A model generated the notes under the pieces. It had not been told where the DNA came from. It was given only the letters and a program-made list of their open reading frames with translations, and searched no databases. From Mobula hypostoma (taxonomy: Eukaryota): 64,000 nt of DNA. Positions 48,586-60,440 of the stretch are shown here, piece after piece. A program made the translations under genes and the position numbers. The stretch lies in NCBI RefSeq assembly GCF_963921235.1, contig NC_086097.1, forward strand, positions 34,102,001-34,166,000. The letters run 5' to 3'. Each line of letters starts with the position of its first letter. The first letter of the stretch is position 1.

Positions 48586-49223
48586 ATTAGATTAGATTAG
48601 ATTAGATTATGAGGACATGCAGTCCTCTTTTATTGTCATTTAGTAATGCATGCATTAAGAAACGATACAATATTCCTCCGGTGTGATATCACAGAAACAC
48701 AGGACAGACCAAGACTGAAAAACTAACAAAAACCACATAATTATAACATACAGTTACAACAGCGCAACAATACCATAACTTGATGAAGAACAGGCCATGG
48801 CACAGTAAAAAAGTTCAAAGTCTCTCGAATGTCCCACATCTCACGCAGACAGGAGAAGGAAGAAAACTCTCCCTGCCATGCCCGACCACAGTCTGACTCT
48901 AAGTCATCCGAAAACTTCGAGCCTCCGATCAGCCCTCTGACACCGAGTACCGAGCACCATCTCTATCTGAGCGCTTCGACCTCAGCCTCAGTCGCCAGCA
49001 GCAGGCAAAGCCGGGGATTTTGGGGCCTTCCCTCCGGAAGATTCTCGATCGCACGATAACAGCGGCAGCGAACCGGCATTACAGAAATTTCTCCAGATGT
49101 TCCTCTGTGCTTTCACGTCTGTCTCCATCAAATCAGAATTGTCCTCAGCCCCTATTTAACAGATACGATACCATTTCACCGGAGAGCTGTGCGCGCTGCG
49201 TCGCACTGCCATCTTCTCCTCCC
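48586..49223 (-). mobile_element. (AATCT)n-tailed retroposon, copy 2
   Basis: (ATTAG)n ATTATGAGGACATGCAGTCCTC...GCCATCTTCTCCTCCC. Confidence 0.88.
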
Positions 49224-49630
49224 AGAGGGCACTGACTCAAGAAGGCAATATTTACCATCAAAGATCTCTACTGTTTGGGCTATGAAATCTTCTCACAGCT
49301 ACCATCAGGCAGGTGGTGCAGAAACCTGAAGCTTCACACCTCGAAGTTCAGGAACAGTTATTTCCCTTCAACCATTTGTTTCTTGAACCAACTGGCAAAA
49401 CCCTAACCAGTATACTACGAGCACTTTGATTGCTTTGCACGACATCTAATTTCATTTTGAATTGTATTCTTTCTTGTACAAATTATATTTAATTGTGTTT
49501 AATTTATCTTTCTTTTGTGAATGCATGACTGAATGTTGCTGCTTATATGATGCTATGTGGCTGTGATGCTGCTGTAAGTAAGTTTTTCATTGCACCATGT
49601 ATGCAAGCACTTGTGCCAATGACTTTGATT
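49224..49630 (+). mobile_element. Rex1/Babar 3' remnant
   Basis: SQLPSGRWCRNLKLHTSKFRNSYFP; 3' UTR similar to 37880-38020. Confidence 0.72.
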
Positions 49631-49744
49631 GTGTAGTTGTAATGAGATAAGGGAACACATTACTGTTGCATCTCTACACAGCCATTATTGGCATTATCCC
49701 TAAAAGTCCTAATAAGCTAGTGTCCAAATCAAGTGATTTGCCAC

Positions 49745-50420
49745 GGAAATAAAAAGGCATTGGTAAAAATGCTCAGCCGTATCTGTGGAGGGTAAAAATA
49801 GGGCTTAGGTTTCAGATTGATGAGCTTTTATCAAACTAGGCAAACATACAAAATCCAACAACTTTTAAATTGCAAAGATGAGGGAGAATTGCAGAGACAA
49901 GGGAACAATTGTGTTAATTTGAAGACCAAGAGATTCTGAATGGTACAGGTGGCGGTGGTGTTGGCTGAGAGGATGGTGAAGTCTAATCGCAGCTGGTGTA
50001 AGTGGAGGAGGTGTAAATGGAAGTTTAAAAAAAAAACGCAGAAGCTAAGGGAAATGAAACAAAGGGGGTAAAAGAAAACATCATTGGAAATCTGAAGCAC
50101 GTGCAAAGCTCCATGCCGGTAAAGTAAATTTGAAATACGATGTGGCCAATTCTGACACAGGCTGGAATGGCTGATTACATGAAACTGATAAATTTGATGT
50201 TAAGTTCTGAGGTGATGCCATATGCCAAGTTGAAAGGTGTGATGTTGCTACTTGAACTTACATTGGACTTCAATGGAACAGGGTAGAAGACTAAAATCTG
50301 AGAGATCAGAGTGGGAGTGAAATGGAGAATTAAAATAACAAGCAACTGGAAACTTGCGATTACCCTCACTGATGGAATGGAGATGTTTTTCGAAGTGGTT
50401 ACACAATCTCCATTGGGTTT
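49745..50420 (-). mobile_element. Old Penelope-like fragment
   Basis: Minus strand FPVACYFNSPFHSHSDLS matches LPVATNFNSTSHSHSDMS in the 41.2-kb copy. Confidence 0.65.
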
Positions 50421-50899
50421 CACTCCAGCAGCAAGGTCTAGGCCTGGAGTGACTGGCTGTGGCGGGGCCCAGCTCCTAGTGCGAGGTTTGAACAATTTAA
50501 ATGCCGGCCCAGATAGTCCAGGGGCTCCTCTTTCCGCGACGCTACGATTGTGAGACTATGCCCGGCTGCTGTGCTTTGTATCTGTGAACTTTGCAGTGAC
50601 TTGCCCCACTAATATGAAGAATTGAATGCCAAATCTTTGAGCCTACTCAGAGCTGCTCTGTGGATTTGAACCTAAGGACTGAATTTGGTTCGGAACGCTG
50701 TTGTTGTTGCTCGATTCTCTTGTTCTCTTGATTTGTTCTGTTTTTTTTCTTTCTCTATGGGCACTGGGGGTTGGTCTTATTTTTTTTAAAATTCAGTTCT
50801 TTTGGGTTCCTTGCTTTGTTACTGCCCGTTAAGCAAACAAATCATAAGGTTGTATAATTTACACATTTGTTGATAATAAATGCACTTTAAATCTTTGAA

Positions 50900-51560
50900 G
50901 ATTTGCCTGATAGGAACTGATGGAATCTTCATCGGATCCCTTTTTCATTTTGGTCATTTCTTCGTTAATGTATGTGATATGAGCACAATTGAGTTTTACT
51001 GACATTTTGTCCATCACGTGACTTTTTGCACCTCCCACTTCACAATATGAAGCTTTGTATCTATGTTTCATCGCTGATACTGTATCATATTACTGTATAC
51101 TCAAAAAAACTCTCTTTCTAAATGCATTTTACACAAGCCATACATCTTTCGCTTCTCTTTCCCTCGAATTCACCTTTTGCCTTTCTTCAACCGTTAAACA
51201 ATGGCATTAAGTCAAGCAGTACAATGTCCAAGAATGACCTAACCTCTGCTTTTAGGTTTCCTTGCCTTTACTATAGCTTCCACTGCGTTTTCCCCTGCTG
51301 ATTGTAATCTATTTTCATCTACTTATAGCCTCAAAATAAATGAGGTCTTTCAGTATCTATGTACCGTATTCTCGCTTCTTGAGCTTTATTTTGTGTTTGT
51401 GTAGCCATCTGAACATTTCTTCTAATACTCAAAGATTATTTTCTTCAGCATTTGTACATCACTTCAATTGCTTTGACAATATCTTGTCCACGGTGGTTTG
51501 AAGGAGCTTGGTTGATAATCTCATAGTGTAAATCTAGTTTTGTGCATGAATAAAAACCAA
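50900..51560 (-). mobile_element. Very old Gypsy RT/RNase H remnant
   Basis: LQTTVDKIL, LEEMFRWLHKHKIKLKK, VEAIVKARKP, EVRSFL, and KASYCEVGGAKSHVMD (cf. DASPYGVGAVISH). Confidence 0.6.
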
Positions 51561-51599
51561 GATATCAGATTATAAAAATAATCGTGCCCTCTACTTATA

Positions 51600-52640
51600 G
51601 AGTTATAAAGAGGTATGGCATAGAAAAAAGGCCCTTTTCCCCGCTATGACCATTCCAACAGTTTACCACATCTAAACTAATCCCATTTGACTACATTGGA
51701 ATCATATCCTTTTATCCCTTACCCATTCAAATGTCTGTCTAAATGTCTATTAAATGCAGTATTTATATCTGATTCTACCTCCTCTTCTGGCAATATGTTC
51801 CAAATACCAACCATTCTCTGTATTAAAAAAAATTACCCCTCAGATACCCTTTAAAACACTTTGCTCCTTAAACCAATGTCATGTTGTTTTTGATACCTCT
51901 TCCACAAAAAAAAAAGATTTGACTATAAAGTCATAGATTAATACAGCGTAGCAACAGGTCCTTCCGTTCATGCTGACCACAGCACCCTCCCTGCTAGTCC
52001 TAGTTACCAGCATAACCCGCCAAGCCCCTCTCCTCCATGCACCCATTGCCTCATTGCCTCATGAATTTTGCAATCATACTTGCCTAGAGTCATGTCCTCT
52101 GGAAGCTCGTTCCAGATACTCGTTACACTCTATGTAAAGAAATTTCCTCTCAGGTCTCTTCTGAATCCCTCCCTTCTCATCTTGTATCTGTGTCCTATAG
52201 TTTTGGACCCCCAGCCCTGAGGAAAGGTCTATGACCATTTACCTTATCCATACCCTCGTGATTTTATAAGCATCTATGATGTCACCCCTCATTCTCCTGC
52301 GAACCGAGGAATGAAGATCCAGAGTAGCCAATCTCTCCCTACGGCCCAGGCCCTTTATCTACATACCTGTATCGGGTATTCCAAAGAACACAAACAAACA
52401 GGGCCAGTTTATCCAATCACCCCCATAACAAAAATCCCCCATTCCAGGCAATCCTAGTGAACAAACAGTCTGCTAGAGGAATTCAGTGGGCTGAGCAGCA
52501 TTTGAGGGGAGAAAGGAATCCCATTCCCTTCACACATACTGCTTGACTTACTGAGTTCCTCCATCAAATTGTTTGTTGCTCTAGATTCTGGCATCTGCAA
52601 TCTTTTATGCCAAAATCCTAGTGAATCTCTTCACCCACAG
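51600..52640 (-). mobile_element. Two old CR1 3' fragments with a palindromic Penelope derivative at ~52459-52605
   Basis: CR1 tails at ~51600 and ~51930; insert CTGCTAGAGGAATTCAG...CTGAGTTCCTCC...GGCATCTGCA. Confidence 0.6.
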
Positions 52641-52769
52641 CACAGCAGCCAGGCCTGGTTACTACTAAATGGAGTTCCCAGATCCCACAATATGTAGAGC
52701 TGGCATTGTTACTGATCCCATGGAGCTAAGACCAACCATAGGCACGAGTATAGCTGAGCTGTACCCTCG

Positions 52770-54015
52770 ATGCACAATGGAGAGTATCCTGGCTGGTTGT
52801 ATCATGGCCTGGTGTGGAAACACCAGTGCCCAGGAATGGGAAAGCCTACAAAAAGAAGTGGATATAGCCCAGCCCAGTCCTGAACAGGTAAAGCCCTCCC
52901 CACCAATGAGCACATCTCATTGGGGGAGAAGATGGCGACACGACGCAGCGCACACGGCCATTCCGAATTGATATCGATATGTGTTAACTAGGGGGCTGTG
53001 CACAATCCTGATTTGATGGAGACAGCCATGAGAAGCACAGAGGAACACCTGGAGAAACTTATGAAATGCCCGCTTCGCTGCCGCTACTACTGTGCGATCA
53101 ATAATCTCCGGAGGGGAAGGCCTCAAATCCTTGGCTTTGCCTATTGCCTGTTGCCGGGGCCAGGGTCGAAGCGTTTGGCAGGGATGGTGCTCAGTGCTCT
53201 GTGTCAGAGAGCTGGTCGGAGGCTCGGAGTTTTCGGACGGACTCAGAGTTGGACTGTGGTCGGGTGCTTCCAGGATGCTGCATCGGCAAGTTTGGGGTGC
53301 TGGAGGTTCACCGTCTGTGCGAGATGATGGGACTTCCGAGAGACTTTGAGTCTTTTACCGTGTCCATGGTCTGTTCATATCAAATTATGGTATTGCTTTG
53401 CACTGTTGTAACTATATGTTATAATTTTGTGGTTTTTGTCAGTTTTTAAAGCCAGTTTGTCATGTGTTTCTGTGATATCATTTTGGAAAAACATTGTATC
53501 ATTTCTTAACGCATGTATTACTAAATGACAATAAAAGAGGACTGCATGTCCTCATAATCTAATCTACAAGGAGCGCCGCCACAAGAAAGCAGCATCCAGT
53601 ATCAAAGACCCCTATCATCTAGGTCATGCTCTCTTCTCACTGCTGCCGTCGGGAAGGTAGGTACAGGAGTCCCACACCACCGGGCTCAGGAACAGTTATT
53701 ACCCCTCAGCCACTGGGCTGCTGAACCAGTAACTTCACTCACCTCAACTCTGAACTGATTTCACAGCCTACAGACTCATTTTCAAAGATCCCACTACTCA
53801 TGTTCTCAGTGTGTTTCATTTACTTATTGATTGATTGATCGGATTTGCACAGTTTGTTTTCTTTTGCGCACCGGCTGCTTGTCAGTCTCTGTGAGTAGTT
53901 TTTCATTGATTCTATCGTATTCCTTTGTGAATGCTTGCAAGAAAATGAATCTCAAGAGTAGTATAAGGTGGCACATGCCTATGCACAGTAGTTTGGTAAT
54001 AAGTTTACTTTGAAT
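52770..54015 (+). mobile_element. Rex1/Babar 3' remnant split by copy 3
   Basis: RCTMESILAGCIMAWCGNT...GAGCACATCT|ACAAGGAGCG...; tail AATAAGTTTACTTTGAA. Confidence 0.8.
52918..53565 (+). mobile_element. (AATCT)n-tailed retroposon, copy 3
   Basis: GGGGGAGAAGATGGCG head; GAGGAC-TGCAT-GTCCTC AT(AATCT)2 end. Confidence 0.88.
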
Positions 54016-54049
54016 TTTAAGCTATCAGATATTATGTCCATTCATGGAG

Positions 54050-54265
54050 AACAGGAAGCTACAGATGCCGGAATCTGGAACAACACACAATCTGCTGGAA
54101 GAATTCAGCTAGTCAAGCAACATCGGTGAGAAAAAAGAAATCGTCAACATTTTGGTCTGAAATCCTGCATCAGGAATGAGCGAGGAAAGTGGAGATGGTT
54201 ATCTTGCGTCTCCACTCTCAGTCCTGATGGAAGGTTTCAGTGAGTTTTTCCAGCAGATTTTGTGT
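54050..54265. mobile_element. Palindromic Penelope-terminus derivative with decayed hammerheads
   Basis: ACACAATCTGCTGGAAGAATTCAG ... TGAGTTTTTCCAGCAGATTTTGTGT; CAGTCCTGATGG at ~54219. Confidence 0.6.
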
Positions 54266-54284
54266 ATAGTCATTCCATAATATA

Positions 54285-55283
54285 CAGTGGCATGTAAAAG
54301 CTTGGGCACCCCGGTCAAAATTTCTGTTACTGTGAATAGCTAAGCGAGTAAAAGATGAACTGATTTCCAAAAGGCATAAAGTTAAAGATGACACATTTCT
54401 TTAATATTTTAAGCAGGAAAACTTTTTTATTTTAATCTTTTACAGTTTCAAAATAACAAAAAAAGTTCTATTCAAAAGGTTCAAAGGAACATCTAAACAA
54501 GCCTGATGCATTTTGGACTGTGGACTGATGAAGGTAAAATAGAACTTTTTGGCCGCAATGAGCAAAGGTATGTTTGGAGAAAAAAGGGTGCAGAGTTTCA
54601 TGAAAAGAACACCTCTCCAACTGTTAAGCACTGGGGGGGATCGATCATGCTTTGGGCTTGTGTTGCAGCCAGTGGCACGGGGAACATTTCACTGGTAGAG
54701 GAAAGAATGAATTCAATTAAATTCTGGAAGCAAACATCACACCATCTGTAAAAAAGCCGAAGATGGCTTCTACAACAGGATAATGAACCTAAACACACCT
54801 GAAAATCCACAATGGACTACCTCAAGAGGCCGCAGGCTGAAGGTTTTGTCATGGCCCTCACAGTCCCCTGATCATTGAGAATCTGTGGATAGACCTCGAA
54901 AGAGCAGTGCATGCAAGACAGCCCTAGAATCTCACAGAACTAGAAGCCTTTTGCAAGGAAGAATGGGTGAAAATCCCCCAAACAAGAATTGAAAGACTCT
55001 TAGCTGGCTACAAAAAGCGCTTACAAGCTGTGATACTTGCCAAAAGGGGTGTTACTAAGTACTGCCATGCAGGATGCCTAAACTTTTGCTTCGGGCCCTT
55101 TTCCTTTTTTGTTATTTTGAAACTAAGAGATGGAAATAAAAAAGTTTTTTTTGTTTAAAATATTGAAGAAATGTGTCATCTTTAACTTTATGTCTTTTGG
55201 AAATCAGTTCATCTTTTACTCACTTAGCTATTCACAGTAACAGAAATTTTGACTAGGGGTGCCCAGACTCTTGCATGCCACTG
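54285..55283 (+). mobile_element. Internally deleted Tc1 element (second family)
   Basis: TA|CAGTGGCATG...CATGCCACTG with ~180-bp TIRs; WTDEGKIELFG, TVKHWGGSIMLW, QDNEPKH; N-terminal half missing, frameshifts present. Confidence 0.9.
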
Positions 55284-57109
55284 TTTTAAATCTCCACCAA
55301 TGCACAGGGAGTTGTAGGACAGAAGGAAACAGTCACCGTTTCCTTTATTCTGAATCAATATTTCGTTTGTAGTCACATAAGCCAATCAGTATTAACCTTA
55401 CCAGGAATAAAAACAGAAAATCAGAAGGACAGGCAGCATTTTCAGAGGGAGAAAGAGTTGATGTTTCAGGTCGACCGTGAAAAATTAGCATTGATTTTTC
55501 TTTTCAAAGATACTACCTGAATGTTGAGCGCTTTTTGCACAGTCTGTGTTTATTCCAGATTTCCAAGAGCTGCAGTATTTTGCTTTTTCATTACGACCTT
55601 ATCTAGGACTGGCAACTAAAGGGTGAAGGCCAGAGTTAAAGGTTCACAATCAGCCTGGATCCTGCAAGGCAATACTTTAATTGCAAAAGCAATACTCAAT
55701 ACAATGCCAAACTTGACCTAAAATCTAACGGTAAACTGAAGAAAGGACAACCTAAATAAAGTGTCACTGCTTATTAGAACTCCATTTTGACCTTAAAGCT
55801 TTTAACAGGAAAGTAAGTGCCATTCAAATAGTCAATTAAACCACTTGTAAACAGAATTTAATCAAAGCACCGCTCACTCTCTTTTGTAACTCTGAAAGGT
55901 GTAATTATAACTGCATTAACACAATGCATTACGGCAAACAATTAATGCTACTTTTGAAGGTTCTCAGCTTGATTACTACTAAAAATTTCAGATTTTAAAA
56001 AAATAACATAAATGCTCTAGGATCCTATAATTTTAAACATAGTAGGCTTAGAAATTCTCTTGCATAATTTAATACTCCTATGTGATGTGCAAAGGGAATC
56101 AATTGAAACTTTGATGGTTAAATGTCATGAGGTGATTTAGACTGTGGTTCCTGTAGTTTCCTCAGTTTGTTCTAAGATGTGTGTATATGTCATGGTACCT
56201 TTACTCAACAAGTGAGACCAGTTTTTCCAATATTTGAAGGAGGTCAACTGAACTTGCATGTGACTATGGAGTTTAGTCTATAAACGGAGTCTTTATTCCT
56301 ATCATATCTTCTCAATATGGGTGTCCATTGTGTTACTGTCAGAAGACCCTTATCCAAGTGCATCCTCCAGGTGTCCTGTCCGTTGTGGTCACAACCACCA
56401 CCCAACCCCAATTAATTCCCCGGCCCAAACCTGATTGCCCCTTCCCGGCTTGTGAAGGTCCTATTCACTGGGCCTCTCTGCCTAGCTGTTCAGACCCACA
56501 GTCTCCAAAATCCCCGTTACCCCTTACTACCTATAGGGCTCATACAGGAAAGGACTGTGTACACATTTGGATATGTAGTTGTCACTCCATTGAATCTTGC
56601 TGTGAGGGGACAACCCATAAAAAATAGGTTGGTTCCATGACCACAAAAGTTTAATTCACATTTTGAGAGGGAGAACAATGCCTAGGCCAAGCTGGTAGAA
56701 GTATAGTATAGCTCAAATACTTGGCAGCACATACAGCCCATAAAGCTCAATACTATGAAGAGGAAGTACACACATAATTCTCCATCATGCCACCCGCCAT
56801 GAGAGTAGGGGGCTGTGTTAGTGGCAGGATCAAGTGACAGGAACATTTAAGGAAAAAATAAGTTAATCAAATTAGGATCCTGTAAATTGTTTGAGACCTG
56901 GTCTCAACTTTTTTTGTATATACTTGACAGTTCTCTTATAAACTAAAAGGGGTCACTGTTCTGGTCTTTGGCAGATGCCATTTTGCTTGCTTTCTATTTA
57001 AGATCTATGCTTGCAGACATGCGCACTGAGTAGGTTTGACAAAAAGAAATAAATCTCTGAGAACAACAAAACTCACCCTTTACATTTGCTGCAATGTTAT
57101 AATCCAATG

Positions 57110-58600
57110 TCCAAAGTAAAATTTATTATCAGACTACATACACGCATCCACATACAACCCTGAGATTCTTTTTCCTGTGGGCACACTCAGCAAATCTATA
57201 GAATAGTAACTGTAAACAGGATCAATGAAAGAGCAAGAGCACAGAAGGCAACAACCTGTGCAAATGCAAATATATATAAATTGCAATAAATAACGCAAGC
57301 ATGAAATAGCAAGCTAAAGAGTCCTTAAAGTGAGTTCATTGGTTGTGGGAACTTCTCAATAGATGAGTTTAATTATCCTCTTTTGTTCAAGAGCCTGTTG
57401 GTTGAGGGGTAGTAACTGTTCTTGAACCTGGTGGTGTGAGTCCTGAGGCACCTGTGCCTTCTACCTGCTGGCAGCAGCGAGAAAAGAACATGACCTGCGT
57501 GGTGAGGATCTTTGTTGATGGATGCTGCTTTCCTATGACGGTGTTTCATGTCGATGTGCTCAGTGTTTGGGAGGGCTTTACCCATGATGTACTGGATGTA
57601 CTTTTTGTGGGATTTTCCATTTGAAGAGGAGAGGGGAGAAGATGGCGGCGCGACGCAGCGCGCAGCAGCCACTCCGGTGAATGATATCTGTTATCTGTCA
57701 AATAGGGTGCCGTGCACAATCCTGATTTGATGGAGACAGATGCGAGAGAACGGAGGAACATCTGGAGAAACTTCTGAAATGCCTGTTTCGCTGCCGTTGC
57801 TACTGTGTGATCCTGAATCTCCAGAGGGGAAGGCCCCGAGTCCTCGGCTTTGCTTGTTGCTCGGCGGCCGGGGCTGGGTCGAAGCACTCGGCAGAGATAG
57901 TGCTCGGTGCTCGATGTCAGAGGGCTGGTCGGAGGCTCGAAGTTTTCGGACAGACTCAGAGTCAGACTGTGGTCGGGTGCTTCCAGGGTGCTGCGTCGGC
58001 AAGTTTGCGGCGCTGGAGGTTCATGGCAGGGAGAGTTTTTCCCTTCTACCGTCTGCGTGACATGATGGGCTATCAGGACTTTGAGACTTTTTTTTTACCG
58101 TGCCCATGGTCTGTTCTTTATCAAATTACGGTATTGCTTTGCACTGTTGTAACCATATGTTATAATTATGTGTTTTTTGTCAGTTTAAGTCTCGGTCTGT
58201 TCTGTGTTTCTGTGATATTATTCTGGAGGAACATTGCATCATTTCTTAATGCATGCATTTCTAAATGACAATAAATGAGGACTGAGTGTCCTCATAATCT
58301 AATCTAAAAAAAAAACATTGGTGTTCCCTTACCAGGCCATAATGCAGCCAGTCAGCACACTTTCTACTGCACATCTATAAAAATTTGTTAAGGTTTTTGA
58401 TATCACACCAAATCTCCACAGACACCTGAGGAAGTAGAGGTGCTGTGGTGCTTTACTTGCAATTACATTTTCATAATGGGTGCAGGACAGGTCCTCTGAG
58501 ACAGTGACACACAGGAATTTAAAGTCACTGATCCTCTCCTTCTGTGATCCTCCAATGAGTACTGGCTCATGGATGTTTGGTTTCCTTCTCCCTCTCTTAT
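57110..58600 (-). mobile_element. Rex1/Babar 3' remnant split by copy 4
   Basis: FKFLCVTVSEDL, NFYRCAVESVLTGCIMAW, LPAGRRHRCLRTHTTRFKNSYYP. Confidence 0.82.
57627..58315 (+). mobile_element. (AATCT)n-tailed retroposon, copy 4
   Basis: GGGGAGAAGATGGCGGCG head; ATGAGGAC-TGAGT-GTCCTCAT (AATCT)2 followed by A10. Confidence 0.88.
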
Positions 58601-58651
58601 CCAAAAACAAGCGCCGTAGTGCAATACTTTGAGATTAATTCATGGAACTTA

Positions 58652-58805
58652 CAGACATCCCACCCTGCAAAAACTCATTTCAGGGAAGTACCACCACCAT
58701 TTCAGGGAGGTAGAACCCTCCCCCCCCCGCCCAAGGGCGCATGTATATGGGACATTTGATTATGAAACAACACAACAATTTATTTGACACATATTGAAAC
58801 CATTT

Positions 58806-58837
<32 letters not shown>

Positions 58838-59691
58838 TCCTTGTTGAGTATTTTGTTGGCAATGCCAATGCCAATGCAGATAGCTTTTCTATTTCTTTTG
58901 CAAACTTTCCTTGTACTGTGATGTGGCTCTGCTGAAAAGAACTGTGAAATTCTTGAGCAGCCTTCCCTGCGATTAGCCTCCCTAATATGTTGTGGTCCCT
59001 AAAAGAAATAAAAGCATAAGGTGTATCCTTAATATATTGTCTTATGTAATACTTTGTTTAGTGATTTTGTCTAATCCGTAAACCAATCTGTAATCTGTTA
59101 ACTGGGTATATGCAGAAAATGTACATTAAAATATATACTTATCATGGAGTCGTTTTTAATTCTATTACAACTTTAAGCACGTCTACAGGGAGTTTGGCCT
59201 CATCACGTAGGACATCAATAGAGTAGCTCCTTAGCAGCCAGCCAGCTAGTTTAAATAACGTTAGCTATGCTAATGAACGAATGACACCTGTTAAACTCAC
59301 CTCAACATGTCTTTTACAGTCATTTGGGCAATAGAAGTGTCACTGTTGCAAACAGTGCAGCGAGCAACACTGTCATTATTTTGAGCCCTATTAGGCAGGG
59401 GTACACTTTAGTGTAGTCTGGGAGTGCGTTTTATATTTTCTTTTTTTGAAACACTGCCATGGCGGTGCAGGACACTAAACTGAACAGATGGAGAGACGGG
59501 TCCACTCTAAAGCCCACCCACAGAGAAAACTGATAGGTCGACATATCACAAAGAGAGACCAATCAGGATGCTCACTCCCGCTCCTTCTCTCCCTCTCATT
59601 TCCGGGATATTGTATATAATTTGCAGCCATCAGGGAGCTGCTATTAATATGCGGGAGATTCCCGGAACTTCCAGGAGAGGTGGGATGTCTG
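58652..59691. mobile_element. Non-autonomous TIR element with a 6-bp TSD
   Basis: AACTTA|CAGACATCCCACC ... GGTGGGATGTCTG|AACTTA. Confidence 0.75.
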
Positions 59692-59697
59692 AACTTA

Positions 59698-60440
59698 GAA
59701 CAGTATAGCACAGGACAGGCCCTTCAGCCCATGAGCTGTGCCAATGTTTTAACTACGTTACGATCAGTCTAAACCTCCCCTCACACATAGCCCTCCATTT
59801 TTTCATCCTAGTGCCTAACTAAGAGTCTCTTAATTACCACTAATGTATCTATCTCCACCGCAATCCCTGGCAGTGCATTCATGCACTCACCTCTTTTGAT
59901 GTAGAAAACCAACCTCTAACATCCCTCTACTTTCCTTGAATCACCTAAAAATTATGCCCCCCTGTATTAGTTATTGCCCCCTGGAGAAAAGGTACTGGCT
60001 GTACACTCTATCGCAGCCACATTTCATCTTATACACCTCTATCAAGTCTCCTCCCATCCTCCTCTGTTCTAAAGAGAAAAGCCATCGCTCACTCAAACTT
60101 CTCTCAGAAGCTATGTTCCCCAATCGAAGCAGCACCCTGGTAAATCTCCTCTACGCCCTCTCTAAAGCTTCCGCATCCTCCCTATAATGAGGTGACAAGA
60201 TTTGAAAACGATACTCCAAGTGTGGTCTAAATAGAGTTTTATAGAGCTGCAACATTACTTTGGGGCTCTTAAACTCAAATCCCCAACTAATGACAACCAA
60301 CATGCAAAGAATCACAATAAAATTCTTAAACTTACTGTCAACTTGCGCAGCAACTTTGAGAGATGTGGACTGCAATATCCCTCTGTTCTCCATACCGCTA
60401 AGAATCCTGTCAGTAACATTGTACTCTGGCCTTCCAAAGG
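59698..60440 (-). mobile_element. CR1 3' fragment
   Basis: VMLQLYKTLFRPHLEY; its tail is interrupted by the TIR element above. Confidence 0.85.

Noticed and set aside
58806..58837. (CA)n(TA)n tract
   Set aside because: Ordinary microsatellite inside the TIR element.
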